The position numbers were made by a program, and so were the translations under genes. From Chloroflexota bacterium (GTDB taxonomy: Bacteria > Chloroflexota > UBA11872), in assembly GCA_022820025.1 (NCBI GenBank), contig JAJEGF010000011.1, positions 25,933 to 89,932 of the forward strand: a stretch of DNA of 64,000 nt, written 5' to 3'. The notes below the pieces were generated by a model, which searched no databases, was not told the origin of the DNA, and saw only the letters and a list, made by a program, of their open reading frames with translations. Below, piece by piece: positions 56,530-64,000 of this stretch (position 1 is its first letter; the number at the start of each line of letters is the position of its first letter).

Positions 56530-58005
56530 TCACGGAACCACGCTGATCCCATGCAACCGCGCCGCCCCATACAGGTTCACCCGCAACCGCACCGTGTCCT
56601 GTCCCAGATCGGCCAACTGCCGCTCTCGCCAGGTCACGGGCTCCCGGAGTCCATCCCGATCCAGCGGTCGGCAATCGTCCCTTGTGAATCCCGCCAGCGC
56701 CTCATCCCCTTCAGCCGGCAGCACCTCCACGTCCGCAAAGCTCCGCATCTGCTGCACGTCGCTCACGTTCAGCGCCAGCCGGCCGCCCCGCTCGTCGATC
56801 CGCAGCGGCTCCGTCACCACCCATCCCGGCGTCTCCCGGTCCACCGTCTCCAGGCACGTCAACCGGTCCTTCGGCAGCGTCGCCAGTCCCATCCGCGACA
56901 AACGGTTGGATCCCACCTCGCCGGTGCCTTTCCAGTACGAGTACTCCGGCACGCTGCCTTCCGGCCACTGCGTCCATTCCTCGCCGTTGCCCACGTAGTA
57001 GAACCACAACCGCTCGTCGTGCTCCACCACCTTGTCGCTCATCATCAGCGCTCCTGCGTCCCAGGTCCCTCGCGGCCCGCGCGCAATCAGCGGCTGGTGT
57101 GGCTGCACCCGCGTGTAGTGATCGCCGTCCCTGCTCACCGCCAGCCGGATGTCCGAGCAGAACATCCCGTACACGCCCGTCCCGTTCGGCGCGTACCACC
57201 CGTACTCGTACGGCATCACGTACTGCCCCGCGTAGGGCGCCAGCGCCAGGTAGTGGTTCTCCTGCTCCATCCCGTCGATCGGATCCAGGATCGGGTTATC
57301 CGCAATCCCCGCCAGCCGCTCCACGTCCGGCCCGCACGCCAGGTACTTGGTCCGAACCATCGGCGGCCCCGGCTTGTTGCTCGGACCCAGCCCTTGCCAC
57401 ACCATCTTGAACCGACGCTCGGGATCCGGGTCCTGGTCGTCCTTGATCAGCACCACGATGTCCGGATCCGGCCGGTACCACTCCGCCAGCCGGATCGACG
57501 CCCCGTCGGTCCAGTTCACGCCGTCCGGCGAAACGCTGATCCAGCAGTCGTCGAGACGCTCCGTACTCTTGACGATCATCTTGTAGCGGCGGCTCGGCAC
57601 GTCGTCCAGGTCCTTGACCACGGGACCCCAGCCCTTCAGGCAGACGTTGTTGTCGCTGCGGCCCCGGTACTCGAACAGCCCCAGCGTCGGCTTCTCCCAG
57701 TGCACTCCGTCGTCGCTGATCGCGTACCCCGTCCACCACCAGCGGGCCATCGTCAGGTCGCTGCCCGCGTACCAGCACTTGAACAGCCGGTCCTGCTCGT
57801 CGTACAGGATCGTCCGGCCCTCCCACGGCCGCGCCTGCATCCCGTCCCACTCGTGCGAGTCCCCCAGCGGCAGCACCGGGTTATCCCGATGCTTCTCCGC
57901 CCGGCACACCGCCTGCACCACATTCCGCCGGGCCTGCACGTCATCCAGATCCAGAAAAAGCAGGCGGCGCTCAAACGTCAGGAATCCCGCACGAGCGTCT
58001 GGCAC
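56530..58005 (-). CDS. Uncharacterised beta-propeller hydrolase-like protein (paralogue 6)
   Basis: Tandem paralogue of 55069-56511; GTG 58005 preceded by RBS GGGAGGA. Confidence 0.85.
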   Translation of the reverse strand: MPDARAGFLTFERRLLFLDLDDVQARRNVVQAVCRAEKHRDNPVLPLGDSHEWDGMQARPWEGRTILYDEQDRLFKCWYAGSDLTMARWWWTGYAISDDGVHWEKPTLGLFEYRGRSDNNVCLKGWGPVVKDLDDVPSRRYKMIVKSTERLDDCWISVSPDGVNWTDGASIRLAEWYRPDPDIVVLIKDDQDPDPERRFKMVWQGLGPSNKPGPPMVRTKYLACGPDVERLAGIADNPILDPIDGMEQENHYLALAPYAGQYVMPYEYGWYAPNGTGVYGMFCSDIRLAVSRDGDHYTRVQPHQPLIARGPRGTWDAGALMMSDKVVEHDERLWFYYVGNGEEWTQWPEGSVPEYSYWKGTGEVGSNRLSRMGLATLPKDRLTCLETVDRETPGWVVTEPLRIDERGGRLALNVSDVQQMRSFADVEVLPAEGDEALAGFTRDDCRPLDRDGLREPVTWRERQLADLGQDTVRLRVNLYGAARLHGISVVP

Positions 58006-58456
58006 TTGGGCATCCTCCCTGACCGTCGCCATCGACGGGTTTGTGCGGCTAACACGGTTGTCTCGTGATCGCTCGCCAGGACTCACCATATAGCCCTTAC
58101 CGCTACTCCGTCACTCACCGTCATCTCCAATGACTGGCTTCCAACCTCCCGGGAGCTTCGGAAGGCCGAACCAAGGACGCTGTGATCGAGCATTTGAGCC
58201 ATCTGGACCGTCGGCTCGGCCGGCACGGGCTCGGGACCCGCCTCAACTGTCGGCCTTCGATACGTCACAACCGCGACAGCTTGGCTTGCCCGTCCGACGC
58301 GCTGCCGCACTGAAACTCTTGAAGAATAGATCTGGCGATTTCGAGATCATTTGACACTGTTCATTTCGGTTTTGCAGCATCCACCGTGGAGGCGGTGCTT
58401 GATGGCGCGGCCGGCTGGCGGCTGCCCTTGCACGGCAATCCACGGGAGGTAGGCCG

Positions 58457-60118
58457 ATGGCAGTGAAACAACTCAGGCAGCGCGTCTCGCGACGCCGGGC
58501 GATGGCTTTGCTTGGTGGAAGCGCGGCGGCGGTGGCCTTGGCCGCGTGTGGTGAGACCCAGGTTGTCACCAAGGAAGTCCCCGTCGAAACGACCGTGATC
58601 AAGGAAGTCCCGGTTGAAAAGATCGTCCGCGAAACCGAGGTCAGGGAAGTTCCGGTCGAGAAGATCGTGACCCAGCAAGTGGACCGCGTCGTCACACAGA
58701 CGGTCGAGGTCGAAAAGGTCGTCGAAGTCGAGAAGGTCGTCGAGGTCGAGAAGGTTGTAACGCAAACCGTCGAGGTCGAGAAGATCGTCGAGGTTCAACC
58801 GGCGGCGATGGCGCAGAACATCCTGTTCCAGACCGACCACACGTCCGGTCCGCGTGGTGCGGCCGTCGATTGGGCCCTGGAGCGATTCACCGCGCAGTTT
58901 CCCAATATCGTCGTTCGTTACGTCCCGGCGCCGACGCAGGTCGAAATCGTCTACGGCGCAATGGTCGCCGCCGGCTCAACGCCGGAAGCCGCCCTGATGA
59001 GCGGCTGGTTCGCGGCCCAGTGGTATACGGGCGACGCTTTTGTGAACATCGACGACTTTCTGGCCAAGCAGGACAGCTACAACCCGGCGGACTACTACTA
59101 CCCCGGCGATTCCTCCGGGGTGGACTTTGCCGACACGGTGCCGTACGGCCACCTCGACGGTCTGCGTGGCAAGCAGTTCGGCATGCCCTACCAGGGCAAC
59201 ACCAACGGTCAGCACATCAACCTGCAGCTCATGGAGGAATCGGGGATCCAATGGCCGACGCCGGGCAACTGGCATCTCGAGCAGGGATTCCTGGACGACC
59301 TGCGCAAGGCCACGGATCCGGAAACCGACACCTATGGCATCGAGGTTGGCGGCGGCAACGGTGGCTCCTGGACGCAGTGGAACCCCTGGGGTTGGGCGTT
59401 GGCCGACGATCCCACCATCATGTACCGCAGCGCCGACGGCACGCGCACAACCTGCTGGGACTCCGGCGCCGATCGGGGCGTGCGGCTGGCGGTGGACTTG
59501 ATCGCCGTACATGGGGTGTCGCCGGCGCTTGGCGAAAGTCGCGAATTGGCCGGTGAGTTCCGCGACCTGTTCTCCGCCGGCAAGCAACTCGTCCAACGCA
59601 ACGGCGGGGCCGTCGGCAGTACGGCCGGCCGTGTCGCCGGTCGCTTCCCGTGGTCAATGGCGCCCATGCCCGAGGGTCCGCGCGGTCCCGTGCCGCACGA
59701 GATCACCGAGCAGCCCCACATGATCTCCAACACCGCGGCGTTGCGAGACACCGTCGAAGCCGCCGCCCAGTTCGTCCTGTTCATGGCTGGCCCCGACGTT
59801 CAGGGACGCATCGCGATCGACCGCGGATCCATGCCCTTGCGCAAGGATGTGCACGCATCGCCCGAGATGGCCGCCGGGCCGCCGGAACGCCACAACATGT
59901 GGAAGGAATACCTGGAGCAGCCGGACGCTCGCCACCGGCAGATGGCCTATCCGGCCTGGCTGGAGTGGATCAACTCCTGGCGCAACGTCGACGCCGCCCA
60001 CGCGGGCGACTTGACGATTGATGAGCTAATGGAGCGAAGCCTCGCCAGGGCTGACCGAGTCCTGGACGAGAACGCCGAGGCCTATCAGGAGCTGAAGACC
60101 TACATCGCAAACGCCTGA
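58457..60118 (+). CDS. Orphan solute-binding lipoprotein (Tat, V/E/K-rich repeats)
   Basis: SRRRAM motif, lipobox LAAC, ~80-aa repeat region, SBP-like FGMPY and PMPEGP; RBS GGGAGG. Confidence 0.88.
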   Translation: MAVKQLRQRVSRRRAMALLGGSAAAVALAACGETQVVTKEVPVETTVIKEVPVEKIVRETEVREVPVEKIVTQQVDRVVTQTVEVEKVVEVEKVVEVEKVVTQTVEVEKIVEVQPAAMAQNILFQTDHTSGPRGAAVDWALERFTAQFPNIVVRYVPAPTQVEIVYGAMVAAGSTPEAALMSGWFAAQWYTGDAFVNIDDFLAKQDSYNPADYYYPGDSSGVDFADTVPYGHLDGLRGKQFGMPYQGNTNGQHINLQLMEESGIQWPTPGNWHLEQGFLDDLRKATDPETDTYGIEVGGGNGGSWTQWNPWGWALADDPTIMYRSADGTRTTCWDSGADRGVRLAVDLIAVHGVSPALGESRELAGEFRDLFSAGKQLVQRNGGAVGSTAGRVAGRFPWSMAPMPEGPRGPVPHEITEQPHMISNTAALRDTVEAAAQFVLFMAGPDVQGRIAIDRGSMPLRKDVHASPEMAAGPPERHNMWKEYLEQPDARHRQMAYPAWLEWINSWRNVDAAHAGDLTIDELMERSLARADRVLDENAEAYQELKTYIANA

Positions 60119-60136
60119 GTCTTCGCCTTCGACGGA

Positions 60137-60168
60137 AGGGGCGGCCGCTCAATCGAGCGGCCGCCCCT
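60137..60168. terminator. Hairpin between convergent genes
   Basis: Perfect 14-bp stem AGGGGCGGCCGCTC-AATC-GAGCGGCCGCCCCT. Confidence 0.75.
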
Positions 60169-60194
60169 CTGGTTTCTCAACCGTTCGGCGCGTG

Positions 60195-61625
60195 CTAGCT
60201 CAGATCCCGCGGCGCTGTGCCGAATCGAAACGCGAACAGCGAGCCGTACGTCACCTCGATATGCAGCCGCACGCGGTCGCCTTCAACCGGCCCGATCCCC
60301 GGGTCCCCGCGCCACGTCACCGGATGATCGATCTCGTCCCCCCGGATGGGATCGCAGTCCTCCAGCGCTCGACCGGCAATCGGCGCCGCTAACGCCGTCC
60401 GCAGCCCCACTCGTATCGAGCCGGGCTGATTCAGCCTGGCGTTGATGAACAGCCGTGGTTGGTTGGCATCAACAGGCTCCGTTACCAGCTGACCGGTCTG
60501 GCGCCCCGCCACCAGGCCGACGAAGCGGTCGACACCAAGCAGGAACGACCCCATGGCCGCGATCCGGTGAATCCGGCCATGCGCCGACTGTCGTCCCATG
60601 TACCAGAACCGCAAGTGGCGCCCTTGCCGAATCGGCGGGTTGTTCGTCACGTTGATCCAGGTGTCGTCCCACTGCCCGTCCGGCCCCAGGTCCAGGAACG
60701 GCTCGCGGCGCGGGCGCAGCCAGCGCCTCCCGTCCGGGCTCGAGGCCAGCGTCACCCAGATCTTCTCCACTTCCGTGTCGTAGAGATCCACGAACGCCAG
60801 GTATCGATTCCCGTACGCGAACGGACTGATGGAGTAGAACTGCGTACCGGGCGTATCCCAGTCGTCCATCCGCAGCACGTTCTCGAAGTCCGACCAGTTC
60901 AGAAAGTCGGCGCTGGTCGCGCGCGTGATTAGCCGCTTGTACGGCATGCGCGAGCCCAGCGGCTCGTTCGGGACCTCGGCTTCCGGGTACTGCGGACTGG
61001 AAACCGCGCCGGTCGCCTTTGGGCGGCGCGTATAGGCGAGGTAGCGGCCCGAAACCGGATCCTTCATGGCCGAGTGCCGGTCACCGGCCAGCGGCATGAT
61101 CGGCGCGCTCGTGCGCGTCCAGCGAATCCCGTCCGGGCTGAACAAGCCGTAAATCCCATTGCCCTGGTCGGTCTCGAAGGCGTGAAAGGCCGGCAGCTTG
61201 TAGCGGCGCTCCGGCGCGCCCACCTCGTCCACGATCACCCCGTGGCTCTCAAACGCCCGCAGCCCGGCAACGTCGTGGGGCCAGTACACGATGTTGTTGC
61301 GGCGCGAGCCGCGCCATTCCACCGCATGTAGATCGGGCTTCTCCCAGGTCAACCCGTCATCGGACACCGCGTAGTTCAGGATGTTCCGGTCCGACGCCGC
61401 CTCCACGTCATCGTCCGCGCTCCGGTACCAGCACTTGTAGATGCCCTCGTCGCGGTCATAGAGAACCGACGACCAAAGCCCCGCGGCACGTCCTTCCCAG
61501 GGCCGATCCGGACGGATGATGGGGTCGTGCGTCCGTCGCTCGGGCCGCGCCAGGACTCGCCGCAAGTGCCACCGGGCATCGATCTCTTCGTCATCGACCA
61601 GCAAATGCAAATCAGGGTCGTACAT
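60195..61625 (-). CDS. Uncharacterised beta-propeller hydrolase-like protein (paralogue 7)
   Basis: HLLVDD, DRPWE, VLYD...YKCWY, SDDGLTWEKP, SPDGIRW, DRF and VRLH; start ATG 61625 or TTG 61646. Confidence 0.82.
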   Translation of the reverse strand: MYDPDLHLLVDDEEIDARWHLRRVLARPERRTHDPIIRPDRPWEGRAAGLWSSVLYDRDEGIYKCWYRSADDDVEAASDRNILNYAVSDDGLTWEKPDLHAVEWRGSRRNNIVYWPHDVAGLRAFESHGVIVDEVGAPERRYKLPAFHAFETDQGNGIYGLFSPDGIRWTRTSAPIMPLAGDRHSAMKDPVSGRYLAYTRRPKATGAVSSPQYPEAEVPNEPLGSRMPYKRLITRATSADFLNWSDFENVLRMDDWDTPGTQFYSISPFAYGNRYLAFVDLYDTEVEKIWVTLASSPDGRRWLRPRREPFLDLGPDGQWDDTWINVTNNPPIRQGRHLRFWYMGRQSAHGRIHRIAAMGSFLLGVDRFVGLVAGRQTGQLVTEPVDANQPRLFINARLNQPGSIRVGLRTALAAPIAGRALEDCDPIRGDEIDHPVTWRGDPGIGPVEGDRVRLHIEVTYGSLFAFRFGTAPRDLS

Positions 61626-61808
61626 CACGATGTACCCGTGCTTCAAGGATCGGAGTCTATCCCGCGATGATCCCGAATCCGTCCGCGCGCTCGCGCCTGT
61701 AACCGCCCGCGCCCGCGGGTAGGGTCGCCGCTTGTCGGTGCTCGTCGTCGTCCTCGCGCATCCCTCCTGCTAGCGTGAGCCGTCGCCCAGTTTGAAACCA
61801 GCGCTGCC

Positions 61809-62345
61809 ATGTCCACCGCCCTCGATGACAGATCACCCCCGACCGTCGTCGCCCACGACCCCGCCTGGCCCGACACATTCGAAGCCGCCAGAGCTCAAAT
61901 CCTCCGCGCCGTCGCCCCTCACATTCAATCCATCCACCACGTCGGCAGCACCTCCGTCCCCGGTCTCCCCGCCAAGCCCATCATCGACATCCTCGTCGGC
62001 GTCGACGACTGGAACCAGGCCCGCGCCACCATCCCCCCGCTCCAGCGCCTCGGCTGGGAATTCCGCGGCGAGCGCGGCATCCCCCGCCGCCACTACTTCG
62101 TCATCCGTAGCCCCGATGGCCGCCGAACCCACCACCTCCACATGCTCGAACTCTCCTCTACTCACTACGCCGATCTGCTCGCCTTCCGCGACCACCTCCG
62201 CGCCCACCCCGCCGCCGCCACCGAATACGCCACCCTCAAGCGCCGCCTTGCCGACCGCCCTGAACCCCATCGCGATGCCTACCAGCAAGCCAAGACCCCT
62301 TTCATCCAGCGAGTTCTATGTGAGATCCGAAGCCGGGCGCCGTAG
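61809..62345 (+). CDS. GrpB/UPF0157 family protein
   Basis: HDPAW, HHVGSTSVPGLPAKPIIDI, FRDHLR and Y..AK. Confidence 0.92.
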   Translation: MSTALDDRSPPTVVAHDPAWPDTFEAARAQILRAVAPHIQSIHHVGSTSVPGLPAKPIIDILVGVDDWNQARATIPPLQRLGWEFRGERGIPRRHYFVIRSPDGRRTHHLHMLELSSTHYADLLAFRDHLRAHPAAATEYATLKRRLADRPEPHRDAYQQAKTPFIQRVLCEIRSRAP

Positions 62346-62532
62346 ACATACACGCAACCCGACATAATCGCCTGTCATGCACTCGGACGAACCTAATCTT
62401 CGACCTCATGAAGGCACGTCCATGAGGCCCTCCGTGATAGTCTCCCGCGGTTCAATTGATCCGCGCCCGGCACAATGCCCGCGCCGCAATGGCGTGAGTT
62501 TCCCGGTCGGGACGCACTGGAGGCTTCCGCCC

Positions 62533-64000
62533 ATGAGTACCGCTTCAAATGGCATGACCCGCCGGAAACTGTTGCGTGCGGGCGGTGGTCTCGGCCTCGG
62601 CGCGGCCGGCGCCGCGGTCCTCGCCGCCTGCGGCGAGACCCAGATCGTCGAAGTCGAGAAGATCGTCACGCAGGAAGTAACCGTCGAGAAGATCGTTACC
62701 CAGGAAGTCCCCGTCGACCGGGTCGTCGAGAAAGTCGTGACCCAGCAGGTCGCCGTCGAAGTCGAAAGAGTCGTCGAGGTCGAGAAGGTCGTCGAGAAGG
62801 TCGTCGAGGTCGAAGCCGCCCCGGCGCCCATGACCCAGACATTCGCTTTCGGCACCGACCACACCTCTGGCCCCCGAGGCGCCGCCATGCAGTGGGCGCT
62901 CGATCGCTTTGAACAGGTGTCGCCCCACCTCAACGTCAAGTTCGTGGCCGCGCCCACCGGTACCGACGAGGTCTACGGCGTCCAGTTCGCCTCCGGCAGT
63001 CAGCCTGAGGTTGCCCTCATGACCGGGTGGTTCGCCGCCGGTTGGTACGCCGCGGGCGCCTTCGTTCAGGTCGACGACCTCCTGCGCAAGCGGGACGACT
63101 TCGACCCGAACGACTTCTTCTGGTACCCCGACACGGCCACGCCCAACTTCCAGCACACCCGGCACGATCCCAAGACCGGAATGCGCGGCCCGTCGTTCGG
63201 CATGAACTTCCAGGGCAACATCGAAACCCTGGCCATCAACCTCGACATGGCCGAATCCCTGGGCATCCCCCAGCCGTCGGTCGGCAGCTTTGGCGCCTTC
63301 GCCGAGTTCCAGGACGCCCTGCGCATGGCCACCGATCCCGAGACCAACACCTTCGGGATTCGGCCGACCGGCTACTGGTTCAGCCTCTTTGCATCCATCG
63401 GCTTTTCACACGCTACGGATCCGCAGCTGATGTGGTACAGCCAGGACGCCACCCGGTCCACCTTCGCCGACGCCGGTGCCGACATCGGCATGCGAACCCT
63501 GGCTGACTGGCAGTTGGTCGACAAGGTCATCCAGCCGGCCGAGATGAACAAGGAACTGTCGGGCGAGTTCGGCGATCCGTTCTCCTCCGGCAAGAACCTG
63601 TTCCGCCAGGGCAACGGGCCGTTCGGGTCGCAAGTCGGTCGCATCAAGGACCGCTTCAAGTGGGCCTTGTCGCCGCTCCCTGAGGGACCGGACGGCCAGC
63701 CCGTGCTGCAGCAGTTCAGCGACCAGCCGCACCTGATCACGGCTACGGCCGAAACCCGTGGCAACACTGAGGGTGCCGTCGAGTGGCTGTCATTCCTGTC
63801 GGGCACGGAAGTGCAGACGCGAATCGCCGTCGACCGCGGCTCCGTGGTCGTCCGCAAGGACGCCGCTGACTCCGCTGAAATGGCGGCCGGACCGCCCGAG
63901 AACCACGCGCAATTCCGCGAGTGGCTCAACGTCGACACCGCCTGCCACCCGCAGTTCATGTTCCCCAGCTACATCGAGTGGCACGTCAACAGCCACAGCT
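62533..64000 (+). CDS. Solute-binding lipoprotein (Tat, V/E/K-rich repeats), runs off the window end
   Basis: Manual translation MSTASNGMTRRKLLRAGGGLGLGAAGAAVLAACGETQIVEVEKIV...TDHTSGPRGAA; paralogue of 58457-60118; RBS GGAGG; absent from the ORF track. Confidence 0.9.
   Translation, partial: MSTASNGMTRRKLLRAGGGLGLGAAGAAVLAACGETQIVEVEKIVTQEVTVEKIVTQEVPVDRVVEKVVTQQVAVEVERVVEVEKVVEKVVEVEAAPAPMTQTFAFGTDHTSGPRGAAMQWALDRFEQVSPHLNVKFVAAPTGTDEVYGVQFASGSQPEVALMTGWFAAGWYAAGAFVQVDDLLRKRDDFDPNDFFWYPDTATPNFQHTRHDPKTGMRGPSFGMNFQGNIETLAINLDMAESLGIPQPSVGSFGAFAEFQDALRMATDPETNTFGIRPTGYWFSLFASIGFSHATDPQLMWYSQDATRSTFADAGADIGMRTLADWQLVDKVIQPAEMNKELSGEFGDPFSSGKNLFRQGNGPFGSQVGRIKDRFKWALSPLPEGPDGQPVLQQFSDQPHLITATAETRGNTEGAVEWLSFLSGTEVQTRIAVDRGSVVVRKDAADSAEMAAGPPENHAQFREWLNVDTACHPQFMFPSYIEWHVNSHS

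Noticed and set aside
58083-58354. Small ORFs in the divergent intergenic region
   Set aside because: No convincing RBS or family motif and atypical codon usage; more likely promoter DNA (TTGACA at 58351).
58560-58800. Short DNA repeats (GTCGAGAAGGTC...) as a CRISPR array or VNTR
   Set aside because: They are degenerate in-frame coding repeats with no constant repeat-spacer period, and there are no cas genes.
1-64000. tRNA, rRNA, known riboswitch, prophage or transposase genes
   Set aside because: None was recognised by eye in intergenic regions or ORFs; an Rfam or tRNAscan run would be needed to exclude small RNAs.

Overview
High-GC bacterial window with about 55 genes, almost all accessory small-molecule catabolism. 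The gene repertoire and Tat-lipoprotein style suggest a Chloroflexota (Dehalococcoidia/SAR202-like) heterotroph; this is inference only, since no marker gene is present. From the left: gcvPA/gcvPB; an iolD-centred cluster with a sugar ABC transporter; MscS; an XRE regulator plus a conserved unknown protein; TPP, Gfo/Idh/MocA and FAD oxidoreductases; a dipeptidase; a sialidase-like protein; PhyH; an ABC-2 exporter; an adenosine deaminase; an orphan lower-GC DNA methyltransferase; hydrolases; a sulfatase; a molybdoenzyme large subunit; an MFS pump; GrpB; and four solute-binding lipoproteins. Features missed or misread by the ORF track: (1) an 83-aa Rdx/SelW-type selenoprotein (CxxU) with a SECIS-like hairpin at 46493-46744; (2) two copies of a ~122-bp MITE with terminal inverted repeats and target duplications, one inserted in frame in a gene; (3) a diverged tandem duplication with a resolvable junction at ~38950; (4) three tandem membrane-anchored coiled-coil genes differing by whole heptads; (5) seven paralogues of an uncharacterised cytoplasmic beta-propeller hydrolase-like family; (6) alveolin/articulin-like V/E/K repeats in three Tat lipoproteins. 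No rRNA, tRNA, CRISPR array, transposase or integrase was seen. All family calls come from motif recognition by eye, not database searches.
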